Source of the DNA: Tubulanus polymorphus
Taxonomy: Eukaryota > Animalia > Nemertea
Reading direction: 5' to 3'
Length of the DNA: 64,000 bases
NCBI RefSeq assembly: GCF_964204645.1
Contig: NC_134029.1
Location: forward strand, 20,826,950 to 20,890,949
The position numbers were made by a program, and so were the translations under genes. Positions 26,694-41,305 of this stretch are shown here, piece after piece (position 1 is the stretch's first letter; the number at the start of each line of letters is the position of its first letter). The notes under the pieces were generated by a model. The model worked only from the letters and a program-made list of their open reading frames with translations, made no database searches and was not told where the DNA came from.

Positions 26694-29600
26694 TGAAATT
26701 TTCGTCGGTGTTTCTTGGATTGCGTTTACCGAGGGAAGTAAATAATTCTAAGGATTTTAACGTAATCGCTGATCGCTTTCAAGATTCTTTCTCCATAGAA
26801 ATCGAAAAAATGAAATTCCCCGGTGATTCTTGTCTAAGATTTCCGAACACTTTACTTTGCGATAAAAAACGTAGAGTTCTTATCTGTCAGATTCAACGTG
26901 TTGTTTACAAATCTATGCGTATTCCTCGACGTTGAAGGTCGGGAGTTGCTGCACACGGTCGAACAATGTTCACTTTGATTTACACATCACACATTTCCCA
27001 CGCGATCTGCAAAAATAAACCAGCCGCCATTTTTAACCATAAACTACGATGATGACGACTAGCCTCCGCCGCCGATATTATAGTCGCATCTTCTGGTCTG
27101 AATGGCGGTACATCCGTTCAGCTAGCAGCCATTTGAACGTACCAATTATCCGGCTATTCATCATTTCTACGATTGCTCGCGTTTGCTACCATCAATTATG
27201 AAAGGTACCACGGCGAAGAAGTAGAATTGGTCGGTCCCTAGAGACATTTATCTCGATGTTACAAGTCCGTGACTCAATTGCTACAGCAGTTGAAACGTCT
27301 TGTAAAACCTCAGTCATTTCATTTTTTTTGTCAGGTATAGCAGCGAGGTTGCGACCTCTCTGGTTATAGCCGTGATCGCAATAGCTTTTTTCGCTCCTGC
27401 CAGATTAGGTCTGGGTCAACCATTCATAAGTGTGCCAAAGGGGTCCATGTTTCACCCAGGCCTTATTTGGCCTGGAATAACTGTTCATACCGGCTAGATC
27501 TACGCCGATTTGACCCAGGTCAAATCGTCGCGTGATCGTGGCTTATTAAAACTTCGTCTGTTCTTGAAATTACGTACCTCACTTGCCGCAGCATCATTTT
27601 GATGGTATTTTAGTGAGTGCGTGATTTACATGCGAATGCGCTTTCAAATGAGGCACGCCTCAAAGTTGACTCAGGGTCTAATCTGGGCCAGTTCAAAACC
27701 GGCCAAATCGTCTCCGCGTGATCGTGGTTCGAATATAATGGTTCGAATATAATGGTTGTATTACAGCCAATATCTTCATCTGCTATTAAAACTTCTAATT
27801 CATTAGTTCATTCAATTGTCGAACGCTGAATTATTTAGCAGCGGTTTCGATGTTCTCATCGCTTACATCATAAAACAGCGACAGAAATTTTTTATTTCCG
27901 CAGACAACCAGCTTTGTTGGTGTGTATACGCGAAGTAGTGCTTTATAGTTATTTCCATTCCACTGCAGCTGCACTGGCGCGAGTTAAAAAACTAATGTTA
28001 TCTTAAAGAAACTCGCTGTGTTCACTTTAAAAAAAAAACTGATTCTAGTAAATAGTAGTAGAGTAAAACAGAGGGTATATCTTAATCTACTGAACTACTC
28101 AAATATGAACTATCAAAGATGTTGGGATTTCTTATCATTTCACATTGGAATGTTCTCGTTCCAAGAAGAGAATACTTCATTATTCATATCCTATTACTGG
28201 TATAGTTGTTGAATGTGATTTAAGGTCAATATTTGGTAGCGATATCGTTTGATTGCGATCGGTTACAATTAGAAATGTTGTAATTCCTTTATTATCGTTC
28301 GTACCCTGCATGGGAAACCCCGGCTGATTGTCAGGAAATCAACCGGTAGTTCGATGTCATTTGTTCTATGATTAACGCGTTATATATGTGAGACACGCAA
28401 CAGTTGTTGACGCCCTGGACGACTTTAGAAATATGTATGATGCGCATATTGTAAGAATAATGAGCCATAGATTGCAATGGTTCTCGGGCTCTCAACTGCG
28501 AAATCCTATTCCCGTAGTTCCCTAGTTCCCGCAGCATTTGGATATGTTAATCTTAGACCGATAGTTAAATTTTGTCGAGACAAATTTCAACCCTGTACCT
28601 CAGTTATGAGGTCATCTTCAACGTCATGTCGCTGAAAAACAGAGTTATTTGTGCCTAGTTCTGCCACTAGGTGGTGCACCGGGCCAATTCTTTGCGCTGT
28701 ACAACTAGACCCCACACACTAACATTGTACCCAGGCTTCATCAAGATTGACGTACTATTAATGAAGCTAAGTAGCTGAAAGATAGACAGATGCATAGACA
28801 AGCAGATGGTATAAAGGTAATAAGGGTCTCATGGATGTCCAAGAACCAATAACTGATGAAACATTCACTACTATGAAGATATCTCTCATCTCTCATCAGT
28901 GCGCCTGCCGGGGTGTGACTGTCACATCATTCCCTGTCTTCAGATGTCGAAGGTTCATTATCGCCACGGGGCAGAAACGGGTGAAATCTGTCGTGTACGC
29001 GAATTCTATTTTCACGAACGAGACACGATGTCTCTATATGTCACATGACGTATCGATAATTAAGACAAAATCGGGGTATCCATAATTAATGATAGTATCG
29101 GAGATGATCAATCATTGCTTGTCGTTTAGCCTCTGCTCTGATCACTCACAATCCTCATTATGTTCGTACATCTCTTCGTACTACTCGCGTGTAAGATCAG
29201 GCAGATTGAGATAAAAGCGAAATTTTTGGAGAGAATCTATTCAGATACTAATGCCCTATGCGCGCGATGCTGTGAAACGTAGAAACAGGAGACAGAAACG
29301 TGTTATCGAGCGTTTCCCCGTGTCGTGTGCATTTACAAGAAACGAGAAACATGATTTCAGGATAAAACGTTTCCGAGACCATTCATGTTCAATTCTGTGT
29401 TTCCATGTTTCCTTGTTTCCCTGTGTTGTGTGCGTGTGCTTAAGAAAACTAGCGATATGTCGTTTCCATTTTTAAGTTCTTAGTCTCTTTCATATATTGT
29501 CAATTCACCAGTTCACAATTTTTTACACAATTCACCCGGACTAGCTTTTTTTGTGATTCTCCCAGATTCCTACCGTATGTACTTTATATACCCTTTTCCT

Positions 29601-32600
29601 TTTTGCCAATATTCTCTTAATTTGTATCGATCGACGATGATTTTTCTAAACGACCCCCTCGACAGCGCACTAAGCAATCTGAGACGGTAATCCGCCATCT
29701 TTTTTTCTCCACGTTCATCGCAATTCTATTTTCAATTGTATCCTCTGTAGATTTAACGACTAACGCGATTCTTTTCTCATTTTCTCATTGAAGAACCATT
29801 CCGTTATCCGACCTCCGCCTCGCGTTTAGACGGAATCCAGATTTCTGTCTATTCTATTCGGTGATCGGATCGATTTTCGTTCTCCGATCGTTCGTTCGAC
29901 GCTCGCCGTCCTCCGTACGGATAAATGATTTATCAGTCGCGTTCATCTCGAGGGTATCGTCATTATTCCGAGTTTTATCTTGCACTAATACTCCAGATGA
30001 TTGCGTCATTTCGCCTACCCCGCGCTCTCGACGCCGCTTACATGCAGATTTATTCTTTACTCGCCGAGTTTGTTGGTGGCGATGTTTGTTTACTCGTGCG
30101 CTTGCGGACGCTTGAATATTCCATGAAGTAAATGTCGACGTTGGTGTGTGTGTGTATGGCGTCAATATATGAGTATCGCTAACAAATTATGACTGAATAT
30201 TAAAATCCATTATCATTCGCTCTTAAAGCTCTTGAGGATTCAAATATACTCTTGCATTAAACAGGAGTGCATATTGCAGAAGGTATATCATATTCCGTCG
30301 TATTTAGCCACTGGTTTATGTAACATAAGAGTTTCCATCAGTGGCTTGAAAGTTCTTATTATGGTTTGAAGCAGGTTTAATATAAGCGCTACTAACAGAA
30401 AGATTTGTTAAGGGCCCGATGTGCGCGTACTTTTCACAGAAATGTCGATAAGTGCTGAAAAGTGCTACTTTTTTACGTGAAAGCCATCTGGAATTTTTAG
30501 TCACCATTCATAATCGCGATGCTAAAGCATTGATCAAAATTATCGAAAGACGAGCAAACATCACTTCTGGGCAATGGACATGTCCTAGTGCATGATTGGC
30601 ATAAGTGATTTGTCCATAGGTTAGTGTTCATAATTTGACAAAATCATGATGGTAGTTACAATATTTCTTATCATGGGCGCGATTCGCTACGAATTGCTAC
30701 TTTCTCCGCACCACGAAGTGCTGCCAAGTGCTCACTTTCGCCTTGTTGCTACAAACCCATAACCGGTATCCAATATTCCTGGTGCATCCTCTCCTGACAA
30801 GGATTCAAACCTGAAGACACCGCTACACTCAGCCATGACACGAAACCCTGCGCTGGTTGACGGCATGAAAATGGCACAAATTTAATCACTCGTTGTATAA
30901 TCGCTGAGGCAAATTTCACGGAATAAATGGGAAAACCTGGGCTAAAATAAAAAGCAGTCTAGTGATGCATTGTTTCGGTACCATGGCGATTCGGGTTCGA
31001 AACCAAGCCAGGGGAGGATGTCATGATGGGGAAAACAAACTAATGAGCAAAACCCACGTAGATGATTTAACAGTTTATTCCGACATTTTCGAAGTTTCAA
31101 CTTAGCTTCATCAGAGAAATGAAAATAATTCGATAATGATATACATTAACATCAGTCACTAGCAGCAGCCGTACTGTAAACCGATACAAACCATGTATTA
31201 CTATACTATGACGAGTAAATCAATTATTGGTCGGCCGGATTATTTATTCAGTAGTAATGATAGCGGGGTCACTTTCAAAACCTCTCATTAACTTCAGACG
31301 ATGATGAATTCAGCGATACGCGATGATGAATTCAATGATTCGTATTGCGTTCTACTCTCACCTGTTCGTAACGCAATTACACCTCGATCAATCGTGCTCT
31401 ACTGCGATATCGCGTTAATACGTCTGCTCGTAGTAAAGCGTCTGCTTCGTCTCGTTCTACTCTCGGTTCCGCACGCTGCTATCCGCGCGTGATTGATGTA
31501 TCAATAACTGGTCGAACGATATTGGAAAATTCGAAACGCAAATCTTTCAATCGCGCGTTAACACGGTCGCCGCACGCCGAGCGTTTTGCCGTCGTCGTAT
31601 TTTCGCGTTCGGCGCGGCGAGTTGTCGGCGTAATAGCCGCCGCCCCGCTGAGAGCTTAAACATATTTCATTGACAGCTTCGTGAATGGAATCGGGTAGAT
31701 CGACGATGAAAAAAAAGTGAAATTATTTCCTTCCATTATTCGGCCGCGGAACGAGTACATTAAAGGCGCGGTCGCGTTTTACGAGGGCGTTTCATCGGTT
31801 CGAATCTCTCGGGAGTCGCGAACGACTTCAATAACGTATCGATGTAACTCGAGTTCAGGTGAACGGCTTCGATATGTCGAACTATTATGGAAATTAGAAC
31901 TGCAGGGCTTCTCAAATAACTGAAATTCGTGTTATTGTTTTATTACGTCTTCCAGTGCCTGGGGAACGTTCGAATCGAACGTTTCCAGGTGACAGAAAAT
32001 CAAAGATGATCTATAGATTTCATTTACCGTTTCATATCGGTTTCTTCGATGTTTAAACAGATGAAAAAGGAGAAAAAACGTGAATCTTTTCATTAAAATT
32101 TTTTTCACCTTCTGAAATAAATCAATGTCCGTTGTTCTGGATAGAGCTGCCAACTGTTCATGATTTTCAGTATTTGTTACTATTTTATTGGAATATGAAA
32201 GGTGTTACTGAAGATCTTACTGTTTATAACTGATTAATTTGAACATTTCCTTTCATATTCCAATGAACTGTTATTACTGAAAAAGCATCAATTTGTCACT
32301 GATAGCGCTTTTCAGAGGTTGGCAGCTCTGTTACTTCGATCTTTTCATAAATGAAACAATATTGATCGCTGCGACAAAGATGGCATTAACGCTATACGTC
32401 AACTAGACCGGTATAAGCCGTGTCTGACATATGACTTATCCGATTGAATCCCGTAGAATTTATAACCGTTAGAATCATACGAAGATTTGCATGTCGCATA
32501 ATGTGGAGCTAGTACAGCTTCCTTATTCGGTAACTCGCGGGAAACTGTATTAAACATATACGTCAAGCTGTATAACTAGTAGACCAATATATCTAGTCCA

Positions 32601-35600
32601 CTTGGTCTGTGGTTATACAGCTTTAGTGTTACGCATATACATCAAGCTGTAGAAAACCTGTTATCGCTGCTTTGCAGCTATTTTTATTTGTAACTTTTTT
32701 AGAGTTAAGTTGAATTCAATTTTGTTCAATTTTCAATATCAATATCTACATAACATACATATCTGTGGCATCTATGTATACGGCGAGAATGAGAGGTTTT
32801 TCATTAGCTGCTTGTATCGCGGTCTATTGTTGTCGGTTGTCACGGAAATGAAAAAATGAAACCAGAAGACTGCTCTCAAAACGCTCGCTCGCTGCCTTGA
32901 TATCGAGTTTCTGCGGGGAGAGACTAAATGAATGTTTGATAACTACAGCGCTGGTACTGTTTATGTCTGTATGGGTGTTGGTTATAACCAGCTGTTATCG
33001 GTATTCGTGTACTATACCACTACCAACACCACCACCTCGCTCAGCACCACACTGTGCCCGAGTACTGAATACCGCGTTCCCGCACCTACTCCAGAGAATA
33101 TCGACTATTCTACCAGACGAATTCTCAATTACCCGAAATCCTCTCTGGAGTAAATGAAATCCTCTCGTGTAGCGAATTCCTGTTTTCAACTGTCATCCGA
33201 CTCCGCTGAAGATTTTTCGATGAAATTGCCTGTTCTTAAGCGATTTTGATACGGGAAATAGAATCTGCCTTTCGTAACACGCATGAAGAAGGTGTTATAA
33301 TTTTTTTAAAAAAGATGGTAAAATCAGCATTCTGGATCCAGTTCCACGAGTTAGAGTTAACTCTGAGTTAGAATTAGTTCATTTTCGATTAGTTAACTCC
33401 GACTTAAATCTTCACTCACAACTGTGGAGCCGGGTCCTGGTTGATTATAGAATTGGAAAAACTGTGAATTTAGATCCGACATTGTCGTTGATTAGAGATT
33501 CAGGTTTATGTATTTATCGCCAGGAGGGAAATAGTCTGTCGTCATTTTTCAATGCATAATTTATCTACGCTCTGAATGTAAAGTTCTCTAATTCTTCTCC
33601 GTGATTTTCTTTTCCGTACGACGACGACGATGACGCTATTTGCCCCAGTTCGTTAGTCTTAATCAGTTGACGAATAGCGTTAATTAGGTTTTTATATCGA
33701 TCCCTTCGAGTAGCAATTCTTATCGGAATGCTTTTTTTTCTCTGGAGAGAGCGCGTCGTCTGCCAGGGGCGCGTGTATGTATAGGAATCATCCCTTTCAA
33801 GTTCGGTTTCCTGCAAACTCTTTAATTAATATTTATCTTAAAGTCCTTTCTTCTATTGGCGGTGCGACTGATTGTAGACACGCGAAGTCACGCGTATTTC
33901 ATTTAATCAAAAGAGAATTTCACTAGTGAAGATGTTTCTGTGAAAATCAGATGATTACAGCTGTAGTGGTTGTGTAGATTCAGGGTTCTTCTTACGGGTT
34001 TTCGAGAGTCTCGGAAAAGTTTAAAAAAATTTGTAATTTTTTTCCAAGTATAGAAAAGTATGGAAACTCAGAAAATGGTCTCAAAATAAATTTTCCTTCT
34101 ATTTTGAATATCAGGCTATATGCCTAAATGTCTTATTACAAATTTGATAACAAACTTTATGAAGACACTCTGTCGATGGTATTGATAATTGGTACTTTGA
34201 ATGGGCCTACATTGCCTGTTCTAGGTTGACAATATGTAATTAAGTAATGGAATGGGTATGGAATGTTTATAATCCGGGTATGGAAAATGTATGGAAACGT
34301 TATGGAAATTGAAATTGGGAAACCCGTAAGAACCCTGTGGTAGATTGTTGAGCCGATTGATTCCATACACGGTGATCAGAGTCGATTGTTTTTTTGCGCC
34401 GGTGAATCGAGTTCAACCGTACAGCCATCGACATCATCGTCGTCAGTAGCCGGATTACTCGTTGAGCAGACGCGTCGTGATCGATATTTCGGAAATTGGT
34501 TTTTTCGTCGTCGTCAGCGTTTGTGATGACGAAGGCGCGGCGCGAGTCGTCTTTAATACGACGCAAAAATGCGCGTATCATTTGATTTCGAAACTTGCGC
34601 GTGCACATAGAACTTATCGCAAAATCCTCGCGGTTTCAATTTACAGATGATAATTGAGAAGCGTTGTCGTTCTTCGGCGCGCGTATACAGTCTCGACGAC
34701 GACGACGAACAGCAGATATTCCCTTTGACATTCTACTCTTCATTCTGACGAACAACATTTCCCGAAAAGAAAAAAGAGCTCGTTGTTTGCATCTCGTCTG
34801 CTGTCGATAAGCCACTTGATGAATAGAGCTATTGTCGTCATCGATGGAGTTCCGATGAAGTTCTGATGAAGTTCTACTCGTGTCAAACTTGTTTCTCCAC
34901 TGATGTTTTCTATAGTATACGTATCGCGTACTTGTAACACGTATATCTAATAACAGATCGATCTCTGAATGGTATTTTTATTGAGAGAGTTTGCGGCGAT
35001 ACGACCGACCGGTACTCACGATGACAGCTGTACGAAAACGCATTGAATTCTCTTTATTTTCCAGTTCTTCGTAATAACGTAGATTATTTTGCTATCGCGC
35101 CGTATTTAATGTTCCCACCACCGCCATATGTTCTGACTATGTAACATATTATAACCGCGGAATGATTGAAGTATGAGGATATGACAGACTGTAGTAGGAA
35201 AGATGGACCAGTCGCTGTATAAGGTTCCAGGTCCTTTCAAAAACGGAATTGATGTTTTTAGCTCTTTTTTGCGCGTCAAACCCTGATTCATGTACCACTG
35301 GTATGAAAAGGGTTAACGAGATCTCTTTCGATAGGCCTATATTCTGTGGAACTTGTTTCGTACACATGAACACTCTGATACATTCTTCAGATAGATACAT
35401 TCTGTAGAAATGAGTGCCTCTGATACCTTCCGTAGACATGAATGCCTGATACATTCTACCGACATGAATGCCTCTGATACCTTCTGTAGACATGAATGAT
35501 TGATACATTCTACTGACATGAATGCCTGATACATTCTGCTGATATGAATGCCTGATACATTCTGTAGATATGAATACCTTTTAAATGCCTCTGATACATT

Positions 35601-38600
35601 CTGTAGACATAAATGCCTCTTGAATGACTGTGATACATTCTGTAGACATAAATGTCTCTTGAATGACTGTGATACATTCTGTAGACATAAATGCCTCTTG
35701 AATGACTGCGATACATTCTGTAGACATAAATGCTTCTTGAATGACTGTGATACATTCTGTAGATATAAATGCCTCTTGAATGACTGTGATACATTCTGTA
35801 GACATAAATGCCTCTTGAATGACTGTGATACATTCTGTAGACATAAATGCCTCTTGAATGACTGTGATACATTCTGTAGACATAAATGCTTCTTGAATGA
35901 CTGTGATACATTCTGTAGACATAAATGCCTCTTGAATGACTGTGATACATTCTGTAGACATAAATGCCTCTTGAATGACTGTGATACATTCTGTAGACAT
36001 AAATGCCTTTTGAATGACTGTGATACATTCTGTAGACATAAATGCCTCTTGAATGACTGTGATACATTCTGTAGACATAAATGCCTCTTGAATGATTGTG
36101 ATACATTCTGTAAAATATGCCTTTTTGAATGACTGTGATACATTCTGTAGACATAAATGCCTCTTGAATGATTGTGATACATTCTGTAGACATAAATGCT
36201 TCTTGAATGACTGTGATACATTCTGTAGACATAAATGCCTCTTGAATGACTGTGATACATTCTGTAGACATAAATGCTTCTTGAATGACTCTGATACATT
36301 CTGTAGACATAAATGCCTCTTGAATGACTGTGATACATTCTGTAGACATAAATGCCTCTTGAATGTATGAATGCCTCTGATACATTCTGTAGATATGAAT
36401 ACCTCTGATACATTCTGTAGACATGAGTGATGATACCGATAACAACATTTAGCTGTAGTTCACAGCCTCTTGTCTGACATCATCTTAGTGTACGTAAAGT
36501 AATTACCTTTCACGGGAGTAAAATGAATGCCGATACGGTTACTGTATCAGACCCCGATGAGGGTTGATCATTTGTAACCCGGTATTCTATCAGATTACAC
36601 GTTGTTGTTCGATAAGAGTATCGTCGTAATCGCGCCGGGTCTCGGGGTGTTCGACAAAACATCTTCGGATGTCGCTAATAAAAATTCCTCACCAATCACG
36701 CCGGACGTTGAGTTAACTCGGCGCGATGTCCATGAAATTGTATCCTTTATCAGAATCGCCGTCGCGAATGTTGTCGGCCGTTGGAGATGCGCGAGATTAG
36801 TTCTCGTTCGGGAATCGTAAAGAGGCCGTACATCGGCATAAATCAGGCTATAAGACACAGGATAGATTATCGTCTAATGGCGGCTGCTGATCACATTCAG
36901 CATCTGTGTACACGCGCGTCTGCTCTTATATAGATTCGATCGTCTGCCTGAACTGCTTACTAGTCAATACATGATCTGACGGACAATTGCGACCACCTTT
37001 TGAATACTGGTTTTATTCATTGGTTTTTCTCCCTCTCTGTAACAGAATTTCATTTAGTCATGAGGTCCTTTTTAATAATGGAATTCATAATTGATCGCCC
37101 TATTCCGGAATCTGTGTTTATTGAAGCATTTTTCGCTGCAAATCTTCTAATCTGGGCTCAGTTCCACTATTTTTTCAGTTATTGTTTACTCTGAGTTAAA
37201 ATCAATTCATTTTCAATGAGATACTTTTGAGTCAAATCTTAACTCAGAACTGTGGAACTGGGTCTTGGGTATAAGACATGTCACCTCCATCTGTAGATCT
37301 GATGGTCAAATTCCGCGACTAGGATCGCCGGAAAGGCCTGGCACCGGCAGGCAGTTCCATCACCGTGGATTAAAAAAGAATCAGAAAAAAGTGAAAATAT
37401 TGCGATTACTGTACATAGGAAATTATTCGCTGAACCAGATCCAGAGTATTCAGATTCTGAATCATAAAGCATGGAGTTACAGCGATTGAATTCATATAAA
37501 CATTTCAGCTGAATTTAATTGACTTATCTTTGATAAGAGACTAAACACAACAGCTACGAGAACTCTCGCTATCATCAGCGAATTCAAATCGATATTCCAG
37601 GGGCGTTTGATAATTTTTCTGCCTCGGGTTTGTTGAGGTTTTTAGAAGCATGTGAACTATTGACTCTTGTAATGCGTTTTTATTTGTGCACCGTCGTCGA
37701 GTCTCAGCTACTCGCAATGATAATCGTATGCCAGACGATCAGACAAAGCGACGTTGCCTTGGGCCTTTTTTAATTACTTAGAGTAAGGATTTTTCGAGAG
37801 AAAGATATGGGAAATTATTTTTTCATCACAAGAATTTTTAAGACGGAAGGGAACAGGAAAAAGATAAGAATAGAATTCTGTATACTTGAGTATTTTCTAT
37901 ATTTTTAGACTCTTGGAAGGACTGTGGAAAAAATAGGAGTGAAAATTTTGATGAACCGAATGCAGAAATCTAACTTCTATCAGATTACTAGATTGAAAAT
38001 TAAGACTGACATTACGAACATTTTTTTCTGAGTGTTGAAAAAACGCAACGTACAAAAAAGTTATTATTTTGCAAATCACAGCGTCAAAAATTAAGATGAA
38101 TATGACAAAAAAATATTTTTTAAAGTCTTTTTGCTGAATTCTGGGAGGTGGATCCATACTGCAAGTAATTCAAATAAGGTCTTACTCAATAGCGTTTGTA
38201 ATTAGGAATAATTTACGAAATTGACTGGAAGAATTTCAACGCTGAAGACCGATTAACCACTAGCGAACCTGGTGGATCCTCGCTTGCCACAGGAGCGTTG
38301 GAGGTTCCCCATCGTCAGTCAGCTTCATATGACGGAAGGATTTTTCTTCTCGGTTTTATATACGGTCGGTTTATGATAGTCTCCATTTTTATGCATGTAG
38401 AGGGAATATTGAGAGGCTGTTTTATCAGCTGTATGCTTAATGAACCAATATGATCAGCGTTTACAGTCTTTCCACTTGATTTATCCTCGCGAAGATATCG
38501 TAGTGTTTAGTCTTAATACAGGGGGGGACTTGATCGATAGAACCCTCGTGACTTTCAGCTGCGCCAAATCATGACATTCGCTAAGTAAATACATCGTTTA

Positions 38601-41117
38601 TTACATACGCGAAGCATCTCTTTAATCGGCGCTTTCGTTTCATCCCTCAACTCTCAGCGCTGATGCTTCAGTTCGTTACGCTAATGACGACGACGTTGCT
38701 CTCTTTAGGGGCGTCGTTCCGCTACGGGACGACTCGAAGGACCATCGAGAACTGGCGAGATGCGCGTGTGTCGATTCTCTACTTTAGAATCGGCGACGAT
38801 CCTTTCGAAACCGCTTCGTAGATTTTTTCGTTTCGCCCCTAAAAACGGTCTACGTCAGAAGCCTAAATAGAAATCAATGCTTCCGGTTTCAGCCGCTGTT
38901 GAGTGTTGTGCCACCATTTCCTGTGGCTTTCTATAAATTGCTCGGCCGTCATTCATATCGCGGCGCGAGAGAGAGAGAGAGGGCTGTAAGCCATTAATAA
39001 TAAGTCGACGCCGATGGAAGAATTATCCCCACCCCGAACAACAACGTAATGTAACCGAGACAGGAAAAACATGCATTCAATCGGTGTTGTAGATTACTTT
39101 AGAGTTCGTCGGGAGTTAATGATCGGGTCGTAATTAGATGTTATGTGTTACGGTCATGCATGAAATATGTGTATCAGGCCCGTAGCCAGCCATGTGTTTG
39201 AGAGGGTTCAATGTTCATGAAAGTGGAACTTTTCTCTTGAAAGTAGAATTTTTTGTTAGTAAGGTACCCACGCAGAAGCCGGTTCCTGGTAGTACTCGCG
39301 CAGACAAGTTTAGAAATTTAGATGCAAAAAGAAGCAATTTCATAACTTCTAGCTGATCATCTTTTTTTTTCCTATGATTTGACCTCAAATCAAGTAAGTT
39401 TGGAAGCGTGTGCATATTTTGAATTAAAACGAATGAAAAAGTTTAACTCATAAGTGAACCTTTTTAAATCGATGCTCAAATTTTCTTAAGGCCATCATCT
39501 GGGTGGAACTTCATCAATAAGCGGTGGAGGGGCTCATTCAAACTCCTAAATACGGGCCTACATGCCTGTATACTTTATACATGGCTCTGTCACTCGACTG
39601 CCTTTAAAACGTTTTTTGTTCTTGTTCGGTAACTGTAATTGAAGTGCCTCGACGATTGGCTGATGTCGACATTAACCAGCAGACGTGAATTTTCTACTTA
39701 TAGACACTGAAGACGAATCGATTAGAAATTCAAACACAAACGTTAAAATCGAATACACTTTACAGCGCGTTTTGAACGCTCGAGCGTAATGAATCTTTGA
39801 AAATCGTTTAGTAAACTGGTGAAGTATTGACTACTGATAACAATGACTACCATACAACAGATCGGTTTCTGACCGAAGGGTTAGGTATGATTAACCGTAA
39901 TTTACTAGCCACACCCTGGGTCTGACTTTAAAATGACCGCACCGATGCCGAATTCGATCCTCGGTTAGTCGCCGATCGAATTGCCCGGTAGCCGTTTCGA
40001 ATCCGATTCATTTCGCCGTCGCTTTTATGCGATATTACGGCTGATGACATCGCGGGAACTGTGTAAGAGTATTTTGATCAAATCAATTGGTTTGTAGATA
40101 TGCGATATATTACACCCTCAGGGCGCTTTGTCTTTCCTATGTATGTGTGTGTCTGTATTTGTATATCCTTGACTCAACCGCTGCTGCCACGGTCGGTCTT
40201 CCTCGCTCGTCTTGCTCGTCTTCCTCGCTCGTCGAGAGATAACCGCGTATATCTCTGTCTATTCAGCGTCGTCTATCGATATTAGTAATCGACGTAGAAG
40301 CTTCATTTGTAGAAATATGTAGCCATTCGATTCTCTTCGCGGTTGCGCGCGTGTCCTGATGGAGAACGCGGCAAAATGTGCCTTAATCGCGACGAAATCG
40401 GTAGCGCATTTAAGGCTAAAAATATGATACCTTAGTTTAAAAGAAGAGTTTTACGTCCCGACTGCAATTACTTAGTGTAACCCTAGTAGGTCTTAAGAGA
40501 CGGCCATGACCTTTTTATAGGTTGTTATGGCTCACAACCTGACTAAGTTAGCAGAGCTTAGTCCATGTATGTGTCTCGACAGCCAACGCCAGATGTGGTT
40601 TCGAACTAGGGACCTCTCGGTTCCCAGTTCTCCACTCAACCAACTGAGCTAACTGCACAGGACCTTGTTTCTCATAATTGGCCGGATCATTTTGTGAACT
40701 ACGATGAAATTTGTGATCAGTTCATTTCTATTGCTGCCGGGTCTGTTATGGCTAGTTTAATGTACAGGGTAGATTGGTGGCTGGCCGGGTCAACTTTTTA
40801 AGCTCAGCAGATAGGAGAAACGATGTATCAATTTTTTTTGCCTGACGTTTTACGAAAACGTTTCGCGGTACAAATCGATTACATTGTCAGTTCTGGCAGA
40901 CGGAACTTTTATTTCTTTTCATGTACTGACGATGTTTTCATATCGGAAATTGGAAATCTAGACGAAAGTGTTGTCCTTAAGATTCATATTACTGTCATTG
41001 AATTGTGCCCGTTTGATTTAGTATTCAACAATCGATTATCATCGTAGTAGTTTTTGGAGTACGTTTCCACACTCCACTCCGTGTATATTTCCACATAATA
41101 CTGAAGCCGTTTGGATG

Positions 41118-41172
<55 letters not shown>

Positions 41173-41220
41173 GAATTTCCATTTGATCTCTCCATCAGCT
41201 TAGCCGAACGTGCTGATTTA

Positions 41221-41305
<85 letters not shown>

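Noticed and set aside
27320-27340. Recursive splice site candidates in the giant intron (CAG|GTATAG; also CAG|GTAGCC at 25899)
   Set aside because: Regenerated donors are poor matches to consensus; expected by chance in 34 kb.
35149-36448. Long ORFs (358, 312, 194, 165 aa) and CRISPR-like periodicity
   Set aside because: Translations of a 39-bp tandem repeat; no unique spacers, no cas genes, eukaryotic intron.
36552-36592. CCGATGA-GGGTT...AACCC-GGTA hammerhead-like string
   Set aside because: Both core halves mutated and no stem I/III support.
40580-40660. tRNA gene
   Set aside because: A and B boxes present but anticodon and acceptor stems do not pair, and it continues into a SINE-like body and tail.
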